DNA from: Setoptus koraiensis
Taxonomy: Eukaryota; Animalia; Arthropoda
Direction of reading: 5' to 3'
NCBI GenBank assembly: GCA_048013815.1
Contig: CM106586.1
Coordinates: 6,696,001 to 6,760,000, forward strand
DNA length: 64,000 nt
Part shown: piece by piece, positions 1-13,131 of the stretch
Position numbering within the stretch: position 1 is the first letter of the stretch
Layout of the letters: each line of letters begins with the position of its first letter
Program-made: the position numbers and the translations under genes
The notes under the pieces: generated by a model
What the model was told of the DNA's origin: nothing
Databases searched by the model: none
What the model saw: only the letters and a program-made list of their open reading frames with translations

Positions 1-209
1 CGTTTTGTGTTAGTTGTGTGTCATGTCATGCGATGCCACAAATCCGTTATGTTGCGCAATATGTGCTGTGTACTGATTGCGCAATCACCGGCAATAGCAT
101 AATTAATAATTAATATCGAAAATGTCGCCCCTCAACCGATAATGAGCGTGTGCATGCAAATGGGCGCCAATTAACGGTTGCTACTATATGTTCACAATAA
201 TATGCTTAC

Positions 210-1245
210 AATTGGCGCTGTAACACTGCAAACTGTCCGCTGCTGCCCTGTGCCGCTGTGCGCCCGCCTCCTCGCTGTTGGTGCGGGCCGCGCAGGGTGC
301 CGGGCCGGCCGCCAACAGTCTCGGGCTCACGAGCAGGCTAGCGCCGCTCAACAGGCTGGCCGGACTGGTGGCCGTATTCAAGCTGGTGCCGCTGTTCAGG
401 CTGCTGGCGCTGTTCGGGCTCATGGGCGGACTCAGCGGGCTCAGCTGGCAGTTGAGCGCGGAGCCCGACGCGGAGCCCAGCGCGGCGCAATTGCCGGCCT
501 GACCGTCGTCGTCGTCGTCGTCTTCATCCTCGTCGGTTTCATCTTCGGTGTCCTCGTTGTCGTTGTCGTCGCCGTTCTCCTCTATTATGGGCGGCAAGTG
601 GCAGCACATGAGCGCGGGACCCGACGCAAAGGGCGGCGACTCGGGCAACTGGTCCACCTGCTGCACCTGATACAGCGGATTGTCGTGCTGCTGGTGCTCT
701 GTGGCGCCCTCAATGAGCTCGGGCTGTCGGTGCTTTGTGGCGCCCTCAATGAGCTCGGGCCGTAGGAGCTGCGGGCCGTCGGGCTCGCAAAGCTTGAGCG
801 GGTCGGGCGGCGCGCCTGCTGCCACCTCTGAGTGGCGGGCCGAAGTAACGAGCAGCGAGTTGTTGTTGGCGTCTTGTTCGGGCTCGCTCCGGTCCTCGGG
901 CCGGTCCCGCTTTCCGCGATCGGGTTCGCCTTCGTCGCCGTCTTCGTTTTCGTCTTGTTCGTTTTGTTCATCGTCGTCGTCGTCGTCGTCGTCGTCGGTT
1001 TCCTCGATGGCCGCCTTGCCGTTGCGCAGCGTCCGGCGACGGCGTTCCGGCGCCCGCCCGGCGATCCCGTCCGCGAGCCCGTTGGTGAGCCCGTCCGCGG
1101 GCGACGGCGCCCGACTGGTGGAGCGGTCACTGTCCGACGAGGAGGCGCTGCTGCACTCGAGCTCGTCCAGCTCCGTCTCCACGTACTGCTGCTGCTTGGC
1201 GGGGGCCACTGGCGACTCGGCCTCGAGCTTGGTTTCTTCGCCCAT
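210..1245 (-). CDS. First coding exon of an unidentified acidic, low-complexity (D/E/S-rich) protein; gene continues left of the window
   Basis: ATG at 1245 with an in-frame TAA two codons upstream; 345 open codons with two poly-Asp tracts. A GTAAGC splice donor starts at 209 (phase 1), a few codons before the ORF-track stop at 184. No recognisable domain. Confidence 0.6.
693..760. repeat. 32-bp direct repeat, period 36 nt, coding PELIEGAT(K/E)H twice
   Basis: ggtgct(c/t)tgtggcgccctcaatgagctcgggc at 693-724 and 729-760, one mismatch. Confidence 0.9.
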
Positions 1246-3937
1246 TGGTTAGTGGGGGCACATGAGCGGGTTGTGTGGGCAGTTATTTGTAAATCGAAGC
1301 TGCTTCACCTGTTGTCTTGATCGCTTGCGGTGACCGCTCGTTGCGGGCCGGACAGTCTCTATTGTGTTGTCGTTGTTGTTGTTGTTGTCCAATTGCTGTT
1401 GTTGTTGTCGTCCAATTGTTGTTGTCGCTGTTGCTGTTGTTGTCGCTGTTGTTGTGTGTGCATTCGCTGGTATGGCCGCACATCTCACACGCATATATCA
1501 CACTCGTCCGATCACATTCGAGCGATCGCATAAATGAACGAACGCGAACGCTCTCGAACGCAAAACCGAGAGCTAAAAAAGAATGCAACAACTCATTGTT
1601 TGTTGGCACGGCGCCAATGGCTTTCCGATTTTATCTCTGCCGTGTCATGCCGCTGGCGCTGTTGGCGCTGCTGATAGCGGCGCCCACGGCGCACAGCCCG
1701 GCGGTCTGACACACTCGCCTCGCCATAATTCTCTGCCCGACTTATGCCAGAGTTACGTAACTCGTATTAACTCGACGACGCATTATGCAAGTTGCATAAT
1801 GGCACATCATGTGCTCGTTAGGCTCATTTTGCGCACCACACAATGGCGCTATAGCCATTGTGCGATGACTGCCATTGGGACTGCGCGATTTGGATCACCT
1901 AGCGACCGCGCAGTCGCCAACGGCCGCTAATGCCGCAAGCTCGCTAGCTTGTTGCGCCCTGTGAAGTGCGCATTACGCAACGACGTTCACTGTGAGCCGC
2001 TTGTGAACAATTATGCATATTACGCAATCATAATCGCTCCTCTTCACTTCCTCGTTTGTGTATGCGCACACTGCGGGACAGACCAACAATGCAACCGTTG
2101 CGTCACGACGACACCAAACGAACACACTGCGCCTAGCGACGCCAAACGATGCGCCTCGAAACGGGAGCGCCCGTCTCTGTTGCTCTTTGCTGGCAGCGAG
2201 CCGCTGTGTGATTACGGCGCTACTTATTGCCGCTGTGTGATATATGCGCCCGCTCGGCCGGCCCGATGGCGCACATATCGCACACGGGAGCCGCAAACAA
2301 TGCGTACCCGATGGTATATATCGACTTGTCGCTGCGATGCCGTGGTTGGCGGGCGTGCCGATCGCGCCATTTGCGCACACTGTGCTGATTGCGGCGCGCT
2401 GGCCGGCGCGACAATGGTGACGGGCGCGGACGAACGTGTTGCAACATTTATCCGCTCGGGCACATTCTGTTAGATCCGGATCCGATAGAATGTGCCCGGG
2501 CGGCCGACGAGCGGCGCAAGGCTGCCCACGGAACATATGGGCGGCACATGGTGGGCTCCACATGTTTTCCCGACCGACCGGCCGACCAATATAACTGAAC
2601 GCGGCTCGGTTTGTGTGGCCGCTGGCCGCTCTCGCATCATGACTCATGATTCATGAGAGCCGCATGCGGCCACATTGCGGTCAACGGGCCGGCAGCTGAC
2701 AGCCGTGAATGGCCGTCGCAACTTGCATTGTAAGCTTGTGAGTCGCAAGTGATAAATGTGTGAATCAAGTGTGACTTGTGCCGTTGCGCAACCATTACGC
2801 AACTATAACGACGATGTGTTGTTGTCACACGGCCAGTTGTGACATAAACACTGTTGTGTGTCACTGTTGCGCCGAGGCAACACTGTTGCTGTTGTGCCGG
2901 CGTTGCTGTTGTGCTGTCGTTGTTGTTTGCGGCCCGATGAGCGGACAACAGCGAGACAGCGGCCGGCAAAAGTGGCGCCAAAGTGTGCCGGCGGCCGGCA
3001 CGCCAAACTGGCGGCCCGAGCGACAATGCGGCCAGCATCATTAGTGGCGACACTCGGCGACGACGCACTTGTCGTCGCCGTCGACCGACAACTGTCAATG
3101 ATTGGACGATAATTGTCCGACAATAATTGTCGCACAATTGGACCAGCTGAAAAAAGGCGCGCTGAAGCGTCGCGTGCACCCGTTGCGCATCGGCCCGTCG
3201 ACTCGCAACAGTGTCACCGCTCACCTGTCGGCCGCCATATTCGGCGCTGTCGGCCGCCATATTTGGCGCTGTCGCCGGCGAGACATTGTGAGCGCACGCC
3301 AATTGTGTCAGTCGGGCCGCTCGAAACCGGGCCGTCGCATAGCGAGTGGCAGGCCGGCCGGCCGGCGAGATCGTGTCGGACGCTGGCCGTTGGTCGTGGT
3401 CGGTTGGTGCTCATTTGCATTTCGGCGGTGCATTTCGGCGGTGCGTTCCGCCGCATTCGGCGCATTTCGGCCGCTCGAGGCCGCACTCGGAGGTCTCCCA
3501 TCGTGGGAGTCCCATGATATGTGGCCTGCAGCCGGCCGGCCGGCGCGGACGTCGCAAGCGCCGGGCCGCCACTGCGAGCTAATGGGCGCCCGGGTAAGCG
3601 ATTGCGGCACGAAGGGGCCGCTTGCGCCGTGTGACGAGCACTTTTTCGGGCCAAGTGCAAGCCGAAAAAGTGTCGCTCATGCGTTATCGCACCTTTCACA
3701 CTGGCGCCGGGCCTGGCTTCGGCCGCTTCTTTTTCTGGCCCACTTTTTCGGCTCACTCTCGCGGCCTTGCACCATCTCTCTCGCTTGCACCATCTCTCTT
3801 GCTTGCACCATCTCTCTTGCGGCCCTTGCAGCATCGCTGGCCTTTGCACCATCTTTGGCCTTCGCTCGCCTTCTTCGAAGTCGCTCGGCTCGGCTCGCTC
3901 CGCTGGCTCCGCCGGCCGGCCGGCGACCGCGCACACC

Positions 3938-4011
3938 GCATCGCAATATCGCAGCATCGCAATATCGCAGCATCGCAATATCGCAGCATCGCAATATCGC
4001 AGCGTCGCAAT
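3938..4011. repeat. 16-bp tandem repeat (gcatcgcaatatcgca) x4.6
   Basis: Copies start at 3938, 3954, 3970 and 3986, with a partial copy at 4002. Confidence 0.95.
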
Positions 4012-5202
4012 GAGGGCTCGCCGCGGTGCGCTCGAAATGAATTGATGCGACCGGCACCGGCAGAACTGAAACGGAACGGAACGGCACCGATCGAAGCGTG
4101 CAGTGGCAGCACATTTAAATATTCAAATATTGCCTAATGTCGATCAATTGTTTCGCCTGTGTTTGTGTTGGCCGTATTTGCGTTGGCCTGACTGGTCCGC
4201 TTAACAACGCCGCTTTGAGTCACCTGTTGCGCCACAGTCGTCTGTGTGCCACTTGTTGGCGTATCGTGGAAATTGTGGAACAGCTCGCCAGTTGAGCAGC
4301 GTTGATACAGGTAAGAGTAACTGTAACAAGTGTGCGGCAAGTGGAACAATTGATCTCTCTCGGCTCATCGCGCCGACTCGCATCGTTTCAAATCGCGCCG
4401 CATTTCAGTCGCGCATTTCAGTCGCGATCGCCGGCAACGAGCGCGCCGGACAATGGACAATTTCTACACAATTGTGTGTGCAATTGTGTATCATAAATAC
4501 AGTGTGTAAATATAGTATCACAATATTTACAGGTAAATGCAAATACAGGTGAGATGCAATGAAATGAATGGTGGGCGAACAATCGCCGACAACAATTGGC
4601 CCGCGATTGTGTTGGCCCTTATTACGTAATGTGGCGCCAGCTCATTGTGTAATTTTGGCACTGTAATGAGCGTGCGCTCTAGTCGGCCGGCCGGCATGCG
4701 ATCGATCGGCGGGCCGCCGTGTCATTCGCATTGGGCCATTACGTCACACACATGGCTGCGCAATAGATATCGTATCATACATGTGATACATATTACGTAA
4801 TAATGTGAGCCATAGGTTATGTAATAGATATAAATGTGAGTTGTCAATATTGGAGCACGATACGTCTGATTGGCCGGCCTAATGACACTGGCGCAAGGCC
4901 GCGCCGCGCCGCGCCGCGCCAAGGAAAGCAGCGAAACTAAATGGAGAAAAAGCGCAGACGAGGACGGGGCAGAAAAAGAAGCGAAAACTAGCTCACTTTT
5001 TTCTCGCCGTCGCCTCGGCGCCAACTCAGCGCCGACTCGCCCCCAATCGCCCGTTGCATGCCGAATCGGCACACTTATCGGGCCCGCCCGCCCGTTGGCC
5101 CGCTCGCCCGTTGGCCCGCCGCCGCGCGACACAAATCCAACCGCCAATTACTCTGTCCGACGGCCGCCGTCTGGCCGGCCGGCCGATCGCACAGGCGGGC
5201 CG

Positions 5203-5296
5203 CGCCGTATAGGGTGAGTGGCGCAGGTGAGCTGCACAGGCGCTCTGGCCGCGGCTCACCTGTGCAGCTCGGCTGCGCCACTCACTCTATGCGGCG
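5203..5296. other. Long inverted repeat / hairpin, 38-bp stem and 18-nt loop (pri-miRNA-like geometry)
   Basis: 5203-5240 pairs with 5259-5296 with one G-G mismatch and three G.U pairs; loop 5241-5258. Four more pairs (5198-5201 with 5297-5300) form past a single bulge. Confidence 0.85.
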
Positions 5297-8020
5297 GGCC
5301 GGAGCGGGGCGGAGTTTGCGCGGTCAAGGTTGCACTGATTGTGCTCAAAATCTCAAAATAGCGCATGCCGTGGCCGCATAGTGTAGTGGCCGCCACATAA
5401 CGTTACGCAACTCGTTATGTAACTCTATGTACCGTTATGCAACTCGATGTGCCGTTATGCAACTATATGCACCGTTATGCCACTCGATGTAATGCTAATG
5501 AAGGTTGCACAATGGTGAATCATTCAGACAATGACAATTTTGCCAACATGTCATATAAAAGTATTTCATTTCATGAGATTAATCAGTGCACAAACATTTC
5601 AGATAACATAAGATCGCCACCATTTAACTAATCAATACAGATACATGTGTATGTCAGCGACAAAAAAGCAACATCAACGACGTGACGCAACCCGAAACAA
5701 GTGCGATTAGGACCGAAATTTAGCAACTTTTATTTGTCATTCACTTATTAACTAATTTTACACACAACGACAACATGATACGCTATTCGCGAAAAAAAAG
5801 AAATCAGAATAAATCATTTAGTCAAAAATAAAGTCACACTCACCTAGGTGGCGTCAGAGTGCAGTGCTTCAAAATAGGAAAACCCCGCGACAGCGACTGA
5901 GACAACAACAACGACCACAACTACGAAACCAACAACAAGTTGTTGCTGATACACGTCTAGTAGCAATAGCACCAGTGAAAGTTGAAAGTGGCTCAGAAAA
6001 GCAAACTATACATCACAAGAAACCTGTCAATTTAACCAAGCGACCCGTGTTATTTGATACCTGTTGAGACTATTGTGTGTCTCGCACGTCGGCATGGGGC
6101 ATTTATTATCACTATAGTGACAATTAGCTGCTCACGAAACTCTTTTACAAATACGACAAAATTTTGACAGGTCCGACTGATTTCCGTTCAGCTATTGTGA
6201 AATAGTTGACAATACGCAAGTTGCAAATCATTTCAAGTGTAAGTAATCATTTACAAAAAACCAATAATATCAACAACTGTGATTGCTCACTGTGTGTTGC
6301 GTACGATTTCTAAGCAGCTATTTCTCATTAGTGATAATCGTTCGTCTCGTTAAAGACGACCAAAGAATTATTATTAGTTGCAGTTAAGAGCCGGCTAATT
6401 GCAGATCATTGATTGGTTGGTTGTGTGAATCGGTCTAATTGATCGCCGAGAATATATCCGGTTAAATACAAAGCCAGTTAAATACCAATCGCGGCAGTAA
6501 CAATTGCGGTAGTACCAAACGCAAATTATGTTGCATTTCGCAAATCACGCACCATAGACATATATTAACTTTGAGACACTTAGGCTTGTAGATGCAACAA
6601 ATTGAAGCCTAAAGAACAAAATAACTCTTACATAATCATTGAGGCTCTCTAAGCCTCTAGAATCCGATGAATCATTAGTAGTTAATTAATGTGTGCCAAA
6701 CTCATTACGCATGTACCTGTGTGATGTAATTAGTGTGCTTTACTGGAATTTATTGGAATACCGGTGTGTACCAAAGGTGCGCACTCATTCTTATGGCCAC
6801 ACTAATTGTAAACACACACACACACACACACAAGCGGCGATGATTATCTTTATTGTTTCATTCAACCCTCTTTGGCAACTTGTCGGTGTGCGTGTGTGTG
6901 TGTGTTGCAAGCATCATTAGCGCGGCATCAGCTGTAGTGCCGGTGTGTGGCCTGTAGTGCCATATCTCACTAGATGATCTCAGGCGGTCAAATGATCGGC
7001 TCATTTGATGCGATCCAATGAGCGCCGACATTGAACATTTTGCTTGGCTGATTTTGGTGTTGATTGATAATCAAGATAAGCTACCTCAGGCTACATGTAT
7101 TAGCCATGTATTACATGTAGCCATGTAGCTGTGATGATGTAATAGGGTAGCGCCGATGTAGTGCTTATGGTTACTTATCTACATAAAATGTAACCTGCAA
7201 AACTGTAAAAGAAGCTCGACGCTCAACTCGATGCCCATTGAGTTTGAGAGCATGCAAACTGCGCAAAAGCATGCAAACTGCGCAAAAGCATGCAAAAAAG
7301 CATGCAACTCATGCGACAGGTGAGGTCAGGAAGCGTTGCGTGATTGCTTGTTGACTCGGCGCGACTGTGCGATATTTGTGCAACATAATTCACAGTTGAG
7401 TTATTCCAATAAAACTCGCAGCAACAACAAACTGGCAAACAAACCGACTGACCAACGACGACAACGACAACAACGACGACAACATTGTAAACCTGTGACA
7501 GGTGAATTGCGACTTGACTGCGACTCCGACACAATTAGTCATTGATTGCTCACAAACACACACACTCACACAAACGCTGACAGAAGTATGCCTATCAGCG
7601 GCAACAACAACAACAACAGCGACTTAATGACTACCTGTCAATAGGCGATCTTTTTTATTATTGTTGCCTCTGCTCACCTGCGCTCACCTGTGCGCACACC
7701 CGATGTGCGCAAAACAGATAATAAACAGATAACAGTGACAGGCCCAGGCAAGCCGATGGTTGGCAAGCTAATAATAGTGTTGTTGCTGTTGTTGTCGTTG
7801 TTGTTAGGTTTAGTTGTGTGTCGTTGCGTCATCATCAAATGCATCATCAAGTGCATCATCAAGTGCACCATATACAAAGTGCATGCTACAAAGTGCATGC
7901 CACAAAGTGCAGTCAGCACCACAGACCACTGCCAATGTCAGCTGTTTGTCAGCTGACATTGACCACTGTGACCGTTAGAGTCCAACGTTGTCACTGCACA
8001 CTGACAGCATTGCGCAACAA

Positions 8021-8053
<33 letters not shown>

Positions 8054-10557
8054 TGAGACGACAACAGGTGCATGCGCTTGGTGCACCGGTCAAACTGTTG
8101 GCACTGTTGCTATGTCATGCAACGCATGCTTGTTTGTGTGTTGGCCGTTGACAAGTGTCGTTCGAGCAACTGTCAGTTTGTTGTCATTGTCGTTGTTGTC
8201 ATTGACGTTGTTGTCATTGTCGTTGCTGTTGGCGTTGATCATGGTGGCGCCAATCACACAACAGCGGCAACTGGTTTGCTTTTAGTGTTGCCAACTAATG
8301 ACATTTGACAGTTTAGTGACACATTTGACAATAGTCATTTGCAACAGCTGAAAGTGCACCGGCTGCGCTCGTCAAATCGATTTGACAGCGCGCGCGCGCT
8401 GACCGGCGCGCAAGTCAACGTGTCAGCTGTTTTTTGTATCATTGGATATAGCGTATCAGATGGGACGGCCACCAAGCTGGCAAGTGGACAGCCGACAACG
8501 TCAAGGTGTCAAGAATTGTCGCAGAGCGGCCTACAAGTGTCAGATGTGTCAAGATCAGCTGGGAATGGTCAAGATCAGCTGATATACAGGTAGCCGCTTG
8601 GGCGGCACTGTTCAGCTCGAACAGCGGGCCGGTGTCACTGCCAGTGAGCCGTCAAACTGTGCCAGCAAATGGTCGACGCGATTCCATGTGACGCAATGAT
8701 GAATTGTTGTCGCTGTCGGTGTTGTTGCCGGCAAAAGCAGTGCAAGTAGTTGGTGTGAGCAACTGGCACTGACCGACAACGTGAAAGTATACGCCGCACC
8801 AGCTAATGGCACACGGCGCAATGGCAGATATGGCGCAATCGGTCCACTAATAGCCAGCGCTTGCCAGAGCGGAATGAGTTGCGGATATAAATATCTCACA
8901 ATTGTCGGTCGAAGTGGCACACACACACTCGGACACGACGGTCAGTCTCACGCTGCGGCCACTCTCATACGGCACTCGAGCGACTCGGGCTCGGGTGAGA
9001 CGCGGACGAGTGCACGCACATCGCCATCACCTGAGCTGTTACCTGAGCCATCGGCCGCGCTGTTACCTGAGCCATTAGCTGGCCATCGGGCCATAGGGCC
9101 GCTCGGCTGTTGGGCCGCGCCGGCTCGCTGCAGTGACACTAATTTGTTGCGAGTCACGCACGCTGAGCAAAATGGCCAAGTGGTCAGTTGCCGGTTGGCT
9201 GGCACCGGCCACTTGTTGTTGTGCCAATGCTAATTAGGCGCGGCAGCAGCAGCGACACTTTTGCCGTGTCGCGGCCGGCCGGCCGACCAACGACACCGGC
9301 GCACTGTGCAACTATCGCAGAAGTCCGTTCGAAGCCAGCCATTCGAAGGCCCGTTCGAAGGCCCGTTCGAAGGCCCGCTCGAAGCGCCTGTTAGGAGCGG
9401 CGTGTTCGAGAGAGTCCATTAAGTGGCCTATTGAGAGCAGCGAGAGCACAATTGCGTAACTGAGCGTCTCGAATTGGCGCAACCGGCGCAACTGGCGCAA
9501 TGAATATTGTCGCAGAAATGGAGCAGGTTTCGTTTGCGAGTTTCACTTGAATCAGTTCACTTGTCGCTTCATTGTTGTCGTTGCGTCATTGTTGTCGCAA
9601 TTGAATGGCAAACATCGGCTGACACTGCAAGTGACACCGCCGGCCGGCCGGCCGGCCGGTCGACTGACCAACCGACTGACCGACTGGCCAGATACTGGCG
9701 CATATTGTGTGCAGAAAGAGAAAATCGGCGAGCGCAATTTCACCGGCGCTCGCCGATCGAGCCGACACAATGCCGCTGTGTGTCACAGCCTGTGACACAA
9801 TGGCGGCTTCAGACCAGCTTTTGGGCTCGCGGCGGCCGGTCAGCGATTTCTCTCTTGCTGCAAGCCCAGCAGCAAGCAGTCGTATGACGTGTGTGTTACG
9901 TCATAGTGACTCTCTGGCCACTATGACGTAACACTGGCTGGCCGATGCACGCAAATGCTGGCCAGCTATTGAGCCGATGAGGACGATGCATCAAACTGCC
10001 ACAATCTATACACACTGTTCGTAGACCATGATGTAACTGGTTACCTGTTGGCGGGCAAATCAATTTCGCTGCCGCAAACTGAACAAAACAACGGCCGAAA
10101 TTGACCGCTTGTCATGGGCATGCCAACCGCATTGCCATGCCAATCGTGCCAACAAGTGCAATAATGGAAATTATGGCAGCCGTGGCTAAACGTTGCCACT
10201 CGTTGTTCACATCGTGATGGCTCACTGGCGCTGATGGCGCGCGAGCGCGCGACAAACCGCCAACTTACCTGTTGCGAGCATCGACAAGTTGCGCAAGTTG
10301 CATGACACACGACAGCTGATCGACTTGTTGTCGGCCGATGGCGAGTCGTCCGGCGGCAGCAGCAACAACAACGACAACAACAGCAGCAACAACAACAACA
10401 TTCATCAGTCAGAGCAGCAACGTGAGCAAATCAAATGCGGGTCAATGGCGCATGTAAACGACGTTTATTGGCCCACTGTCGCCATTGACACTTCATTTCA
10501 CTCTCTTGCTCTCTCGGCTGCGCTATTGTTGTTGCGCAATAATAGCATTGGCTATTA

Positions 10558-12570
10558 TTACGTAACAAGCTCGCGCAACTGTCACCACCAATTGCTGACC
10601 AATGTGTCTCGGGGCCAAGACACACCACCTAGCGACAACTCACGAAAGTTACGTCACGTTTATTGTCGCCCACATAACACCGTGTCACGTGTCAACACGA
10701 GTTACAGGTGGCAGTGGCGGCGACAACAAACTAACCAACCAACCAACTGACTGTTGGGCTCCTTTTGGGGAGTTTGGGCCTATCGGCCTTTTGAGCATTT
10801 TGGGCCCATTGGCCTTTTGGGATTTTCGGGGATTTTGGGCCCATTGGCCTTTTGGGATTTTTGGGGATTTTGGGCTCTGCCCAGACAGCCCTAATCCGGC
10901 AGTTTAGACTTGCGCAGTCTGGAAGAAGCGGCACAGTCTGACAAGTTAATAGTTACGTAACGCAGTGGTTTTACACTCATGACTCATCATGCGAGTGGCC
11001 GTTTCAAATCTTACATGGCAGCGAGCAGCAGCTTGTGGCCAGTCTGGGCTCGGTATGCCATGTTACAGTTACGTAATAGCTGTCCAGCTCTCTCGGCTGG
11101 CTAATAATAATACGCTCGCTTCGCCAGAGAATAATTGGCGCCAAAACGATGATAAAGACGTCGGTCTTGTTAACGTGACAGCTAATAGATTGGATGCGCC
11201 AGAGGATGCTGCCGCATTCGAGTTGAATGGCATAGAAAATAAGCGCCGGCGAGCTAGCTTGAGAAGATCGTCGTGATGTGACGGCCACGCCAGATTGTTT
11301 GCGCTTGCCTAGAGGGCCAATTATCTTTTGTGATCCACTTATGGCGCTTATAACACTGCAAACGGCGCTCTTGATACTGCGGATACTTGCACTGCCGATA
11401 TCGCGGACGCCCGGCGTCTCGTTGCAAGCTCGGCCGACTTGCGCAACGGCGGCCCGCCATTCGGAATGGAGCCGTTCGAAATGGAGCCGTTCGAAAGCGA
11501 CCCTTGCAAACTGACCATTGTAACGAGCGGCCGACAAACAAACAAACAGTCCGGCAGGCGGACAGACGGACAGACGGACAGCGAAAGGCCCGTTGGCCGT
11601 CGTACCCGTGGCTCGTCGGCCCGTCGGCTTGTTGGCCGCCACAACTGCGGCCCGCGGGTCGGCCGAGAGAGCGAAAGCTCTCGACTATACATTGTATATA
11701 GTATATATTGTATAGCTGTGCAGCACATGGCAGTTGGCAACTCTCTCACAGAGTTGGCAACCGGCATATAACTGGCATGATGTGCCGGATATTCGCACCG
11801 ATCCCGGCGCAGCGGCTCTGACACGGATGGCCGATATGCGCGGCGGGCATTGTTGCGGGCATGCGTGACAGAGGCGCCGGTAAACGGACTGACAGGCCGG
11901 TCACGGCGTGATTATTATCTCGACACTCGGGCCAGCCACTCAAGTGTCTGTTGTGTTGTTAACATGATATGCAAATCCGATAAAATTCACTGCCATCAAT
12001 GCTGCAGCATTTACGGCGCGCGTCCACTGCGTCATTTGCATAATTTCCGAGTTGTTGTATTTGATGCCGATTCTGCCGGTAACAGCAACAACAACAGCAA
12101 CAACAACAACAACAACAAAAACAAAAACAACAACAACAACAACAGCGGCAACAATAACGGCCGCAAATGTGAGCTATTGATGATGACACCTGTTGTTTTT
12201 GTGTCGCTCTTGGCACTTGTTGCATTGTTGGCGCCTCTTGTTTCACTGCAAGACAATTTTATATGTTGTGTCTCGTCTCACTTACCTGTGTCAGTTAGCG
12301 TGTCCACTCAGTGCGGACTCCACAATGGACAGTGGGCAGTGTAGAGACACTCGCCTATAACACCGAGAATTATTATTGTACGACTAATGCCAAAACAACT
12401 ATTGTGAATGCCAGAATGCAACGCTTACGCAACACAAGTCATGTGGCATAAGTCATGTAGCATGAGAGTTGCGCAACAACACACAAGTTACGTAACATGG
12501 GTTACGTAACATGGGTTGCGTAACATAGGTTAGTTGCAAATTAGTTGCCTCATATCACATTGTTACGTAA
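10558..12570. promoter_or_regulatory. Cluster of palindromic TTACGTAA (PAR-bZIP/Giant/Vrille-type consensus) sites
   Basis: TTACGTAA at 10558, 10953, 11069, 12488, 12502 and 12563, interleaved with TTGCGCAA and TTGCGTAA variants. The motif is seen directly; its function is inferred. Confidence 0.4.
12487..12528. repeat. 14-bp tandem repeat (gttacgtaacatgg) x3
   Basis: Copies at 12487, 12501 and 12515 (third copy gttgcgtaacatag). Confidence 0.9.
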
Positions 12571-12654
12571 CTAGCCCGATAATGATGCCGCATGCGTTGC
12601 GCAACGAGCTCTCCATGGCGCACACTGTATGGCAGCTCGCAGTGTCTCGAGTGA

Positions 12655-12686
12655 CTCGAGACTCTACTAGAGAGTAGAGTCTCGAG
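12655..12686. repeat. Perfect 14-bp inverted repeat with 4-nt spacer
   Basis: ctcgagactctact-agag-agtagagtctcgag. Confidence 0.95.
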
Positions 12687-12862
12687 AATCGCACTGTCTA
12701 GACTCTCACAACGGATAGGCAACGGCGAGAGAATTGGAGCAACATGTCAATTACGTGTCATGCGTGTGTCTTCTTTATGGCGCATTCTTTCTCACCGTCG
12801 TCATTAAATGGCTAGCTTGGGATGCGTACGCCTGGTGCTTGCCGTTGCTGTTGCTGTTGTCG

Positions 12863-12894
<32 letters not shown>

Positions 12895-13084
12895 GCTGTT
12901 GCTGCTGCCGCTGTGGCATCAGTTAAATGGTATGTTATGTAACAACACTGTTATCGATTGTGTTATTGGCACCCACGCCAATCACGCTCAATCTCGCCAG
13001 TCTGGCCAAATACTAGCAAACTATTACATGCAATTGCAACTGTGCGCTTGGCATATTACGCAACCCTATGTTACTGTTGCGCCT

Positions 13085-13131
13085 CTCAACTTGACAGTCT
13101 CAACTTGACAGTCTCAACTTGACAGTCTCAA
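13085..13131. repeat. 14-bp tandem repeat (ctcaacttgacagt) x3.4
   Basis: Exact copies at 13085, 13099 and 13113, partial copy at 13127. Confidence 0.95.

Noticed and set aside
3102-4137. Several overlapping 100-300 aa ORFs on both strands (e.g. 3214-3978 -)
   Set aside because: GC-rich sequence with tandem repeats keeps many frames open; no domain or clear splice signals
10263-12288. Two perfect minus-strand CAG|GTAAGT donors (introns would start at 10268 and 12285)
   Set aside because: The best 69-nt exon at 12354-12286 has stops in all three phases and no protein is recognisable at 10269+; at most non-coding exons
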